A stretch of DNA of 64,000 nt from Heptranchias perlo (taxonomy: Eukaryota): assembly GCF_035084215.1 (NCBI RefSeq), contig NC_090365.1:8308001-8372000 (forward strand), in the 5' to 3' direction. A program made the translations under genes and the position numbers. Position 1 is the stretch's first letter. Each line of letters begins with the position of its first letter. Below, piece by piece: positions 11,088 through 22,905 of this stretch. The notes below the pieces were generated by a model. That model did no database searches and was not told where the DNA came from. It saw only the letters and a program-made list of their open reading frames with translations.

Positions 11088-12374
11088 TGGAACTGTACCC
11101 CAGTGAGAGTCAGCACCTTCAGGAACTGTACCCCAGTGAGAGTCAACACCTTCAGGAACTGTACCCCAGTGAGAGTCAGCACCTTCAGGAACTGTACCCC
11201 AGTGAGAGTCAGCACCTTCAGGAACTGTATCCCAGTGAGACTCAGCACCTTCAAGATCTGTACCCCAGTGAGAGTCAGCACCTTCAGGAACTGTACCCCA
11301 GTGAGAGTCAACACCTTCAGGAACTGTATCCCAGTGAGAGTCAACACCTTCAGGAACTGTACCCCAGTGAGAGTCAGCACCTTCAGGAACTGTACCCCAG
11401 TGAGAGTCAGCACCTTCAGGAACTGTACCCCAGTGAGAGTCAGCACCTTCAGGAACTGTACCCCAGTGAGAGTCAGCACCTTCAGGAACTGTATCCCAGT
11501 GAGAGTCAGCACCTTCAGGAACTGTACCCCAGTGAGAGTCAGCACCTTCAGGAACTGTATCCCAGTGAGAGTCAGCACCTTCAGGAACTGTATCCCAGTG
11601 AGACTCAGCATCTTCAGGAACTGTACCCCAGTGAGAGTCAGCATCTTCAGGAACTGTACTCCATTGAGAGTCAGCACCTTCAGGAACTGTACTCCATTGA
11701 GAGTCAGCACCTTCAGGAACTGTACTCCAGTGAGAGTCAGCACCTTCAGGAACTGTACCCCAGTGAGAGTCAGCACCTTCAGGAACTGTACCCCAGTGAG
11801 AGTCAGCACCTTCAGGAACTGTATCCCAGTGAGAGTCAGCATCTTCAGGAACTGTACTCCATTGAGAGTCAGCACCTTCAGGAACTGTACTCCATTGAGA
11901 GTCAGCACCTTCAGGAACTGTATCCCAGTGAGAGTCAGCACCTTCAGGAACTGTATCCCAGTGAGAGTCAGCACCTTCAGGAACTGTACTCCATTGAGAG
12001 TCAGCACCTTCAGGAACTGTACTCCATTGAGAGTCAGCACCTTCAGGAACTGTACTCCAGTGAGAGTCAGCACCTTCAGGAACTGTACCCCAGTGAGAGT
12101 CAGCACCTTCAGGAACTGTACCCCAGTGAGAGTCAGCACCTTCAGGAACTGTATCCCAGTGAGAGTCAGCATCTTCAGGAACTGTACTCCATTGAGAGTC
12201 AGCACCTTCAGGAACTGTACTCCAGTGAGAGTCAGCACCTTCAGGAACTGTACCCCAGTGAGAGTCAGCACCTTCAGGAACTGTACCCCAGTGAGAGTCA
12301 GCACCTTCAGGAACTGTATCCCAGTGAGAGTCAGCAACTTCAGGAACTGTATCCCAGTGAGAGTCAGCACCTCA
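11088..12374. repeat. 33-bp minisatellite, same family, ~39 units
   Basis: Direct tandem units with variant blocks (cccagt / tccatt). Confidence 0.95.
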
Positions 12375-12580
12375 GGGTTTTAGACCTCAACTCACACTGA
12401 AATAGAGTTCTACCCTAACCCACATGGAAATAGGGTTCTAGACCCCAACTCTCACTGAGATAGGGTTCTAGACTCTCACTCACATGGAAATAGGGTTCTG
12501 GACCCTAACCCTCACCAAGATGGGGTTCTAGACTCTCACCCACATGGAAATAGGGTTCTGGACCCTCACCCACACTGCCT
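12375..12580. repeat. 30-bp degenerate repeat (tagggttctagaccctaacccacatggaaa); also at 1-112 and 9718-9862
   Basis: 4-7 tandem units at the start of each duplication unit. Confidence 0.85.
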
Positions 12581-12813
12581 TGGGGCTTAAATCTCTAACT
12601 CATCCTGGTTTAGGTTTCTGGAACTGTAAAGGTTGAGATTGCCCCACATTATTGCATGTGTTGTGATCGTTTGCTAATATTCAGGGATTGTTTGCTAGGG
12701 CAGCTCCCTAAATATTTATCAGTTAAATCTTGGTGTGTATGCACCTGACAGCTATGTGGTCCATTGTCCTTTTTTGCAGATTTCTTAGAAGCTGCTTTCA
12801 CCTGAATTCCTTA

Positions 12814-15800
12814 GCCAACAGCAAACTGGACGCCACGTCCAAACTCCTGATGGAAGCGGTGAAAGACGCCAAGCTGTGCGACGTCTTCAGCAACCCTGCA
12901 GACGGAGCGGCGCGTCAATACACCTGGTCCAGACCAGACGGGTCCGTCCGTTCCAGGATAGACTTCCTGTTTGTATCCCCGAAGCTCAAGGTCAGATCCA
13001 CCAAGGTCACACCGGTGTTCTTCTCTGACCACTGCCTCCTCCTGGCCGACTGTCACCTACAGGACGATCAGAGAGTGGGCAGGGGGACATGGAAGCTGAA
13101 CGTGAAACTGTTGACCCCGGGAAACATTGAGGAACTGACGAGGGATTACAAAGGTTGGAGAACCGTAAAGCCCCTCTTTGATTCCCCAGTGCACTGGTGG
13201 GAAGCCATCAAGGCGAACATCAAGAGGTTCTTCATCCTCAAAGGTGTTCAGAAGGCGAGAGAGAGGCAGAGGGAAACGTCCCGACTCCAGAAAAGCATGC
13301 AGAATCTTCTCCTGCTGCAGTCGATGGGGATCGATGTCGGGGAGGAACTCAGAGAGGTGAAGGACCAGCAAGCCTCGCTCTTTGCCTCCGAGGCCTCCAA
13401 GATCATCTTCCGGTCCAGAGTCCGCTCCGTGGAGCAGGACGAGACTTGCTCGCGCTTCTTCTTCCAAAAGGTGCACAGAGAGAGCTCTGTGATCAGCAGC
13501 CTGAAGGAAGAGAACGGCTCGGTCACGTCCTCGCAGCCCGACATACTGAGGATCTGCAAATCCTTTTATGCCGGACTGTACGACGCGAAGCCCACAGACA
13601 GCGCGGCCTCCCACTCCTTCTTGTCGTCTATCACGGAGGTTCTAGACGACAGCAAGCGGGAGAGTCTGGTTCACCCGCTAACTCTGGACGAACTGACAAA
13701 GGCCGTCCGATCCTTCGAGAAGAGTAAGACTCCCGGAAGCGACGGCTTACCGATGGAGTTGTACTCGGCTCTGTGGGACTGGATAGGCCCAGACCTGCTG
13801 GAAGTGTACGGGGGTATGCTTCTGGCAGGCAGCATGTCAGACTCCATGAGGAAAGGCATCATCACCCTCATCTACAAGCAGAAGGGGAAGAGGGAAGAAA
13901 TCAAAAATTGGCGACCCATCTCACTACTTAACGTGGACTACAAAATTCTGTCCAAGGTCATCGCCAATCGGGTCAAGTCAGCCCTGGAGGTGGTGATCCA
14001 CCCCGATCAGACCTGCACCGTACCCGGCAGGAAGATCTCTGATAGCCTGGCGCTACTCAGGGATACGATTGCCTACGTACAGGACAGGGGGGTGAACACC
14101 TGCCTGATCAGCCTGGACCAGGAGAAGGCCTTTGACAGAATATCCCACACGTACATGATGGACGTGCTCTCCAAAATGGGGTTTGGGGAGGGAATCCGCA
14201 ATTGGATCCAACTGCTCTACACAAACATCAGTAGCGCAGTTTCAATCAACGGGTGGGAATCAGAAAGCTTTCCGATCAAATCTGGAGTCAGGCAGGGCTG
14301 TCCTCTCTCCTCCGTCTTGTTCGTGTGTTGCATCGAACCCTTTGCCGAGTCCATCAGGAGGGATGCGGGCATAAGAGGGGTGACGATCCCAGGCAGCGGA
14401 GGCACTCAGGTCAAGACCTCCCTGTACATGGATGACGTCGCCGTCTTTTGCTCGGATCAGCTGTCGGTCCGCAGATTGATGAGCATCTGCGACCGTTTCG
14501 AACTGGCCTCGGGGGCCAGGGTAAATCGTAGCAAGAGCGAGGCCATGTTCTTTGGGAATTGGACCGACCGATCCTTTGTCCCCTTCACCGTCAGGTCGGA
14601 TTACCTGAAGGTGCTGGGGATCTGGTTCGGGGGGGCCGGGGCGTGCACCAAAAACTGGGAGGAGCGTATCTCCAAGGTTAAGCAGAAACTGGGACTGTGG
14701 CATCAACGATCCCTCTCGATCGTGGGCAGGAACCTGGTCATCAGGTGCGAGGTGCTCTCGGTGTTGCTGTACGTGGCGCAGGTCTGGCCCATACCTCGCT
14801 CCTGCGCCGCGACAGTCACCCGAGCCATCTTCCACTTTGTCTGGAGATCAAAAATGGACCGTGTCCGCAGGGTCACGATGTACAAATCTCCAGAGAAAGG
14901 GGGGAAAGGCGTGCCCAACGTGGCCCTCATCCTGATGGCCACCTTTGTGTGCGGCTGCATCAAGCTGTGCATAGACCCTCAGTACGCAAACACAAAGTGT
15001 CACTACGTGCTGAGGTTCTACCTGTCCCCGGTGTTGAGAAGGATGGGCCTGGCCACGCTGCCACGGAACGCTCCGTCCAGTTGGACCGTTCCGCCCCACC
15101 TGTCCTTCGTGGAAAGGTTTGTGCAGGAAAACACCTTTGACCACAAGGCGATCAGCAAGTGGTCCGCACGTAACGTCCTCGAGACCCTGCGGGAAAAGGA
15201 GATGGTGGATCCTGTCGGTTGGTTCCCCGAGCAGACTGTCAATGTCATTTGGCAGAACGCCTCATCGCCAGAGCTCTCAAACAAGCACCAAGACCTAGCT
15301 TGGCTGGTGGTGAGAAGGGCCCTTCCCGTCAGATCCTTCATGCACTCCCGGACTCTCAGCGCCACCGCGCGCTGTCCCAGAGGAGGCTGCGGTGGAGACG
15401 AGACCGTCACCCATCTCCTTATGGAATGTGCCTTTGCAAAGAAGGTCTGGAGAGAGATGCAGTGGTATCTGTCCAGGTTCGTCCCGAGCAGTTCCGTAAC
15501 ACACGACTCTGTGCTCTACGGGCTGTTCCCGGGGACGCACACTGAGACGGACATCGGCTGCTGCTGGAAGACCATCAACTCGGTGAAAGACGCCCTCTGG
15601 TCTGCCCGAAACTTGCTGGTCTTCCAGCACAAGGAGCTGTCCTCGACCGAGTGTTGCAGACTGGCACATTCCAAGGTCCAGGACGCACTGAGGATGGGTG
15701 CGGCCGCTGCAAAGGCTCTGTGGGGAAAGGCAACCGTTTAGAGCCTTCCCGCCATTGTAAACCGAGGGGCTGCAATCAGGGAAAAACCCCCTCGGGCAGA

Positions 15801-16080
15801 ATGTAAAATTCAAATTGCTGTAATGTACCTGTAATGAATCTGAAATGGACCAGAAATGAATCTGTAAGCAATAATCCGTGTTGAGTCTGATGCAATGAGA
15901 CACCATAGAGTGTCATGAACTGTAATTATGTCCAATGTGTTCATTGAACTGTACTTAACGTAACCTGCAAATTGTAAAATCTGTATTGTGTACGTTTGGA
16001 AAGTGATATGACAACTGTATTGGATGTATTGCTGCAAATTTTATGAATAAAGTATATTTTTTGAAAAAAATAAATAAATA
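12814..16080 (+). mobile_element. 5'-truncated L1-clade (Tx1-like) LINE, ORF2 open to 15741
   Basis: APE C-terminal half (RIDF..FFSDH), RT (NWRPISLLNVDYK, GVRQGCPLS, YMDD), CCHC finger (CPRGGC..ETVTHLLMEC), AATAAA 16046, A/(AAAT)n tail. Limits defined by the empty sites at ~350 and ~10098. Confidence 0.93.
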
Positions 16081-16195
16081 AATAAACCCACTGAATATTT
16101 TTACATTTAAGGATTTCATTTCCTCTAGTGGCAATTGATTAACCTGCTCATGGTAAATAATTGCTTTAAGACAGTTTTACCTACTTATTTTAACC

Positions 16196-16699
16196 AGCAC
16201 CTTCAGGATCTGTACCCCAGTGAGAGTCAACACCTTCAGGAACTGTATCCCAGTGAGTGCCAGCACCATCAGGAACTGTACTCCATTGAGAGTCAGCACC
16301 TTTAGGAACTGTATCCCAGTGAGAGTCAGCACCTTCAGGAACTGTACCCCAGTGAGAGTCAGCACCTTCAGGAACTGTATTCCAGTGAGAGTCAGCACTT
16401 TCAGGAACTGTATTCCAGTGAGAGTCAGCACCTTCAGGAACTGTATTCCAGTGAGAGTCAGCACCTTCAGGAACTGTATTCCAGTGAGAGTCAGCACCTT
16501 CAGAAACTGTACCCCAGTGAGAGTCAGCACTGTCAGGAACTGTATTCCAGTGAGAGTCAGCACCTTCAGGAACTGTATTCCAGTGAGAGTCAGCACCTTC
16601 AGGAACTGTATTCCAGTGAGAGTCAGCACCTTCAGGAACTGTATTCCAGTGAGAGTCAGCACCTTCAGAAACTGTATCCCAGTGAGAGTCAGCACCTTT
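16196..16699. repeat. 33-bp minisatellite, same family, ~15 units
   Basis: Direct tandem units, tattccag variant dominant. Confidence 0.95.
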
Positions 16700-16972
16700 A
16701 GCTCAAACATGAAGAATGGCCACTGATGTGAGGCACATTGTCATTCCTGGAGCTATACTGAGTAATAGTCGGGAGTTTCGGGGGGGTTGTGGGGGGGTTG
16801 TAATTGAGTGTGTGCTGGAGGAATGAGCAGTGATTTGTGAGAATATACAAATTAGAATGATGAGCCTCGCCTGGGGGCCTTGTTGTTCCAGTTTATGTAA
16901 AATGATGATTTTAATGGCGATTATAAAGCAAATCGCAGCTAATTATCTTGCTATTCTGAGCAGTTCCTCGGA

Positions 16973-17157
16973 ATGGCTTCTCCGGTGATGGTTGTGTGTC
17001 TCCCTCAGGGTCCTGGTGGACAGAGACGCGGCTTTAATCCGACCTTCCCATGATACCCTGCTCTCTCTCCTTCCTCCGTTCAAGCTTCAAACAACTGCTT
17101 CAGTTCCAGCCTCAATGTGCAAAACTCGCGATCTGTCTTCAGGGGACGCTTTTTCCA
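16973..17157 (+). pseudogene. Truncated duplicated GEMIN7 pseudogene (copy B)
   Basis: Near-identical to 1966-2150 at offset 15007; same TGA (17051) and same L2 truncation point. Confidence 0.88.
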
Positions 17158-17729
17158 GTTAAACGTTGGGAAGACTGAAGCTGTCGTCTTCGGCCCCCGC
17201 CACAAAGTCCGTTCGCTCGCCACCGATTCCATCCCCCTCCCCGGCCACTCTCTCAGGCTGAACCCCACGGACTCTTTGCAATTTCCGTGTGCTTTTTGAT
17301 CCTGAACTGAGCTTCCGACCCCATATCCTCTCCATCACCAAGACCGCCTACTTCCACATCTGTAGATTGTCCACCTCTGCCCCTCCGTCAGCTCATCTGT
17401 TGCTGAAACCCTCATCTATGCTTCTGTTACCTCCAGACTCTTAATATTCCAATACTCTCCTGGCCGGCCTCCCATCCTCCACCACCCGTAAACTCCAGCT
17501 CTTGCTTCCCGCATTCTAACTCGCAACGAGTTCACTCATCACTCCCGTCCTCGCTGACCTACATTGTCTCCCGGTCCTCTTTGCCTCCAATTTAAAATTC
17601 TCATCCTCGTGTTTAAATCCTTTCATGACCTCACCCTTTCCAGCTCTCTAACCTCCTCCAGCCCTACAACCCCTGCCCCCGTCCCCACCACCTTCACACT
17701 CTCTGTCCCTCTGACTATGACCTTTTATG

Positions 17730-17825
17730 ACCTTCACTCACCTGACGAAGGAGGTAAGCTCCGAAAGCTTGTGATTTTCAAATAAAACTGTTGGACTATA
17801 ACCTGGTGTTGTAAGATTCCTTACA
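17730..17825 (+). mobile_element. Short Penelope-like element terminus with 14-bp target-site duplication
   Basis: Flanked by tatgaccttttatg at 17716-17729 and 17826-17839. Contains a hammerhead core followed by AATAAA, the layout of PLE terminal repeats. Confidence 0.8.
17738..17774 (+). ncRNA. Minimal type I hammerhead ribozyme motif (PLE-type)
   Basis: TCAC-CTGACGA-A-GGAG(gtaag)CTCC-GAAA-GCTT-GTGA: stem I TCAC/GTGA, core CUGANGA and GAAA, stem II GGAG/CTCC, palindromic AGCT stem III. Confidence 0.75.
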
Positions 17826-18154
17826 TATGACCTTTTATGCACCACCTCTCCCCTCACCCCACCAGTGGCGGCTGTGCCTTCAGCTGTCCAGGCACCTTGC
17901 TCTGGAATTCCCTCCCTAAACCTCTCCGCCCCTCACCTCCTTAAAACCCACCTCTTTGGCCAAGCTTTTGGCCATCCGTCCTCAATTCTCCTGTTTTTCC
18001 TCAGATCTCTTTAAATGCCTTGAAACATTTTTCTATCGCATAGAATTTTACAGCACAAAAACAGGCCATCCGGCCCAACAGAGCAACTGAGCGTCTCCTT
18101 ATTGTTCAATTGAAAAGAGTAGAGAGGAAAGGGAGGTTAGAGAGGGGCTTTGGT

Positions 18155-18715
18155 GAGACCTCACCTGGAGTACAGTTTTAGTCTTCTTATCTAAGGAAGG
18201 ATATACTTGCCTTAGAGGCGGTGCAATGAAGGTTCACTAGATTGATTCCTGGGATGAGAGGGTTGTCCTATGAGGAAAGATTGAGAAGAATGGGCCTAAA
18301 CTCTCTGGAGTTTAGAAGAATGAGAGGTGATCTCATTGAAACATATAAGATTCTGAGGGGGCTTGACAGGGTAGATGCTGAGAGGCTGTTTCCCCTGGCT
18401 GGAGAGTCTAGAACTCGGGGGCATCGTCACAGGATAAGGGGTAGGCCATTTAAGACTGAGATGAGGAGGAATTTCTTCTTTCAGAGGGTTGTGAATCTTT
18501 GGAATTCTGTACCCCAGAGGGCTGTGGACGCTGAGTCGTTGAGTATATTCAAGGCTGAGATAGACAGATTTTTGGACTCTAGGGGAATCAAGGGATACGG
18601 GGATCGGGAGGGAAAGTGAAGTTGAGGTCAAAGATCGGCCATGGTCTTATTGAACGGTGGAGAAGGCTTGAGGGGCCGTATGGCCTACTCCTCCTCCTAT
18701 TTGTTATGTTCTTAT
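18155..18715 (+). mobile_element. CR1 3' fragment
   Basis: MRGLSYEERL...RGDLIETYKILRG...FFQRVVNLWN and (ttatgttc)n tail. Similar fragments at ~557-943(-), 10304-10668(-), 20150-20690(-), 21830-22385(+), 22925-23275(-), 27165-27570(+), 28935-29190(+), 37085-37385(+), 60058-60460(-). Confidence 0.85.
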
Positions 18716-18939
18716 GCCTAGTGTTAGGTGGGCTGTTTGAGGAGAGGGATTATCAATGGCAGTTTCGAAAGGGTGTGGAGTATTGCCTAACCAAAGTGAA
18801 CTAGGATTGGCTGCTGAATAATTGAATAAAAAATTAATTATTGTGCACTTACGCAAAAAAAAACACAAATACATTAATTGCTGCGTTCACCTTGAATGCA
18901 CACCCACAGAGAGTGTGACAGCTCCACATCTTTTAAGCT

Positions 18940-19200
18940 CTTCCCAGCGCTGGAGCAGAGTCAGTACCTGGAATAGGCGCGGGGGGCGCTGTTTAGCTCC
19001 GGGCCAAATGTTCCGGGATGTGGTGAGCGGGGAGCGGGTTATGTGTGGGACCGGAAGTGCACGGGGATGATGTTCGAAGTGGCGTAAGGCGGCTCCAGGT
19101 GCGGAATCGGATTAAATTCGGACTAACGGTGACATCCGGAGCAAGGCGGGGGCTCCGGGAGCGATTAACAGGCACGGATCTGGTCATATAAACACCGCTA
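18940..19200 (+). promoter_or_regulatory. Probable GEMIN7 promoter and non-coding first exon
   Basis: Small CpG-rich patch with ETS/GABP CCGGAAGTG (19051-19059) and donor CAG|GTGCGG at 19099. Confidence 0.6.
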
Positions 19201-19535
19201 GGTCTGAGGGGAGGGTGAGCCCCCCCCCCCCGGGGTCTGAGGGGAGGGTTGGGGGAGCCCCCCCCCCCCCGGGGTCTGAGGGGAGGGTTGGGGGAGCCCC
19301 CCCCCCGGGGTCTGAGGGGAGGGTTGGGTGAGCCCCCCTGGGGTCTGAGGGGAGGGTTGGGTGAGCCCCCCCCCCCGGGGTCTGAGGGGAGGGTTGGGGG
19401 AGGGTTGGGGGAGGGTTGGGGGAGGGGCCCCCCCGGGGTCTGAGGGGAGGGTTGGGGGAGGCCCCCCCCCCCGGGGTCTGAGGGGAGGGTTGCGGAGCCC
19501 CCGGGGTCTCTAAGGGAAGCCCTGGGGTCTGAGAG
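19200..19535. repeat. G-rich ~35-40 bp minisatellite in GEMIN7 intron 1
   Basis: ggggtctgaggggagggttgggggagccccc units with variable poly-C. Confidence 0.9.
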
Positions 19536-20869
19536 TGAGGAAGGAAGGGAGCGCGATTCCAAATCTGCCAATCATCGTTCGCTGGTTTTACTGTGTTGAA
19601 ATTGAGTCTCTTCTCACCATCTCCTACTCTAACTCATTCTTTCCCAGGACTTCAATACTGTGGAACTCCTTACTGCCTTAAGTTCTTCCCTCCTACAATC
19701 TACAGGTTCTGAAATCCCAAGTTTGGTGTTGTCTGATTTACTTCATCTATTCTTTTCTCAAACCAGTCGCTCCCCTCCTGACTCTTGCTGGGGACCAGCT
19801 CCGGGACATTGCCCCAGGACTGCACCCCCCACCCCCTCATGTTTCTCTCGCTCTCGCAGGTGGCCCTGACCCGATGGTAGATTCATGGACTCGCGTTACC
19901 CTCTGTCACTTCCCTGCAGCTTTGGCCGGCACCTGATCCCAGTTACTGAGACCTGTGAGCATTGGCTACCCAGGGGCTCAGCGGGTGAAGGCACCAACCT
20001 GGGCTGGTTCTGGGCCACACAGAATGCAAGGCCCTGCATTCAGGCGCACTGCCTCAGCTCACACAGTAAGAAGGCCACTGAGGTGAGGGACGGTGGCACG
20101 TATGGAGCTGTAGCCAGGAACAGTCAGGAGTTTCAGAATGCGAGGGGGACATTAGGAACAGGAGTAGGCCATTCAGCCCCTCGAGCCTGTTCTTCCTTTC
20201 AATTAGATCATGGCTGCTCTGTATGATAACTCCATTTATCCGCCTTGGTTCTGTAACCCTTAATACCTGTGCCTAACAAAAATCTTTCAATCTCAGTTTT
20301 GAAATTTTCAATTGACCCCCAGCCTCAACAGCTTTTTGGGGAGAGAGTTCCAGATTTCCACTCCCCTTTGTGTGAAGAAATGCTTCCTGACATCACCCCT
20401 CAACTGCTTAACTCTAATTTTAAGGTTATGCCCTCTTGTTCTGGACTCCCCCACCAGAGGAAATAGTTTCTATCTGCTCTATTAAACCCTTTAATCATCT
20501 TAAACACCTCAATTAGATCACCCCTTAAGCTTCTTTATAAGGGAATACAAGCCCAGTCTATGCAACATGTCCTCATAATTTAACACTTTTAGCCCCAGTA
20601 TTATTTTGGTGAATCTGCGCTGCACCCCCTCCAAGGCCAGTATATCTTTCCTGTGGTGCGGTGTCCAGAACTGAATGCAGTATCTCCAGATGGGCGTGTG
20701 CTGGGGGGATGACCAGTGATGTGTGAGAATATACAAATAGAAGAACGAGCCTCAACTGGGGGCCTTGTTGCAGTTTATGTAAAATGTTGATTTTAATGGT
20801 CATAATGCAAATCAAAGCTAATTCTCTTGCTTTTGTACATTCTGTTCTGTTTCTAAGCAGCTCCTCAGA

Positions 20870-21250
20870 ATGGCTTCTCCAGTGATGGTTGTACGTCTCC
20901 CTCGTGGTCCCGATGGTCAGAGCCGAGGCTTTGATCCAACTTCCCCACGGTACCATGCCCTCTCGCCTTCCTCCATTCAAGCTTCAAACAACTGCTCCGG
21001 TTCGAGCCTTGAGGAGGAACAGCGATCGCGATCTGTCCTTCGGGAACGCTTTCTGCGCAGCCTGATTACAATGGCGGGGAAGCCGGTGAACTTCACAATG
21101 TACGAGAAGGTCGATGTCACTGCAACATTCGGGGCTTCAGACATCGATATCCTTAACTTCCAGGTCTCTCACTTACAGACGCCATTAGGTGTTCAGAAGG
21201 AAGCGCTGCTGCGATGTCCAGACATCATTGCATATACATTTAACCTTTAA
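20870..21250 (+). CDS. GEMIN7: Gem-associated protein 7 (SMN complex, Sm-like fold), single coding exon, 126 aa
   Basis: ORF MASPVMVVRLPRGPDG...RSVLRERFLRSL...FGASDIDILNFQVSHLQTPLGVQKEALLRCPDIIAYTF matches Gemin7. Acceptor ttctaagcag ends 20860, probable non-coding exon 1 ends ~19098 (ctccag|gtgcgg), AATAAA at 21539-21544. Confidence 0.95.
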   Translation: MASPVMVVRLPRGPDGQSRGFDPTSPRYHALSPSSIQASNNCSGSSLEEEQRSRSVLRERFLRSLITMAGKPVNFTMYEKVDVTATFGASDIDILNFQVSHLQTPLGVQKEALLRCPDIIAYTFNL

Positions 21251-22454
21251 TCTGTCTGTGTATCGTTTACAAGATCGGAGATTGTACCCCTGTACTGGGA
21301 CCAGATCGGAGTCACTCCTCTGAGGCCCTGTGAAGCATCGTCAGGATTTACTAGGGATCGGTGATTGGTTTCTCCTCTCAGTCTTGAGGATTTCCACATC
21401 CATTTAGCTCCCCTTTGTTCTCAGTATGGGGATAGCTGGCTGGCTGAGGTGTGATATACAAAGTACACTGTGATTATTCACCCTTGCAAATTGGTTTCTT
21501 CAGTAAAAACTCTGACATCAATACTGTACTCAAAATACAATAAAGCTCGGATTGTAAGAGCATGATTCCAAAGCTGACAATCATTGTTCCCTGGTTTTAC
21601 TATGTTGAAATTAAGGCTCAGCACAGCACACCACTTCCATTCTTTCCCACACACCATCTCCTGCTCTAACCCATTCTTTCCCAGGACCCTCAATACTGTT
21701 GAACACCTTGCTGCCTTAAGTCCTTCCTTCTACAATTTACAGGTTTTTAAAATCCAAGCTTGGCGTCATCGGATTTACTTTGTCTATTCTTTTCGTGCCC
21801 CTCCAGACTCTTGCTGTGGGACGGTTCCAGAGAAGTGCAAAGTGATACATTTTGGCAGGAAGAATGAGGAGAGGTAATATAAACAAAATGGTGCAATTTT
21901 AAAACATTGGTTCGGCCACAACTGAAGTATTGTGTCCGGTTCTGGGCACCGCACTTTAGGAAGTATGTGAAAGCCTTAGGGTGCAGAAAAGATTTACTAG
22001 AATAGTTCGAGATGAGGGACCTCAGTTACGTGGATAGACTGGAGAAGCTGGGGTTGCTCTCCTTAGAGCAGAGAAGGTTGAGAGGAGATTTGATAGAAGT
22101 GTTCATTTACTTTTATCTAAACCCTTCAAGATTTTGAAGAGAAACTGTTCCCATTGGCGGAAGGGTCAAGAACCAGAGGACACGGATTTAAGGTGATTGG
22201 CAAAAGAACCAAAGGCGACGTGAGGAAAATCTTTTTTACGCAGCGAGTAGTTATGATCTGGAATGCGCTGCCTGAAAGTTGGTGGAAGCAGATTCAATCG
22301 TGGCTTTTAAAAAGGAATTGGATAAATACTTGAAGGAAAAAATTTGCAGGGTTACGGGGAACGGGACTAACTGGATTGCTCTTGTTATAGAATTTACAGC
22401 ACAGAAACAGACCATTCGACTCAAACTGGTCTGTGTTGGTGTTCATGTTCCATA

Positions 22455-22905
22455 TGGCTCAGTGGATAGCTCTCTTGCTTCTGAGGCAGCAGGTCATGGG
22501 TTCACGTACCGGGTATTGGTTCAAGTCCCACTCCAGGGACTTGAGCACAAAATCCAGGCTGATACTCCAATGCAGTATTGAGGGACTGCTGCACTGTCAG
22601 AGGTGCTGTCTTTTGGATGAGATGTTAAAACTGAGGCCCTGTCTGCCCTCTCAGGTGGACATAAAAGATCTCATGGCACTATTTCATAGAAGAGCAGGGG
22701 AGTTATCCCCGGTGTCCTGACCAACATTTATCCCTCAAACACCAACACTAAAACAGATTAACTGGTCGTTATTACAGAGCTGTTTGTGGGAGCTTGCTGT
22801 GGCAAATTGGCTGCTGCGTTTGCTACATTACAACAGTGCTACACTGCAAAAAGTATGCTGTAAAGTGCTTTGAGTTCGTGAAAGGTGCTACATAAATGCA
22901 AGTCT
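22455..22905 (+). mobile_element. Deu-domain SINE copy
   Basis: Same head and core as 48794-49100, with L2-like tail (aaaggtgctacataaatgcaagt). Confidence 0.75.

Larger units (their letters stand above)
1..17357 (+). repeat. Tandem segmental triplication (units ~1-2360, ~9718-12374, ~12375-17357)
   Basis: Near-identical blocks: 110-1020 = 9860-10750; 110-350 = 12575-12813; 356-472 = 16081-16197; 1690-2350 = 16697-17357. Confidence 0.9.

Noticed and set aside
11088-12374. CRISPR-like array
   Set aside because: Units are contiguous with no unique spacers, there are no cas genes, and the context is vertebrate. The same applies to the other arrays.
12730-15741. 1003-aa ORF as an intact host gene or complete ORF2
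   Set aside because: The first 28 codons are flank also present in the other duplication units; the rest is a 5'-truncated LINE ORF2 missing the N-terminal endonuclease motifs.
1032-16726. Long periodic ORFs (ELYPSESQHLQ, RNCTPVRVSTF, VLTLTGIQFLK) as repeat proteins, including an LRR-like look
   Set aside because: They come from a 33-bp minisatellite open in several frames on both strands, with no supported start, splice context or unique domain.
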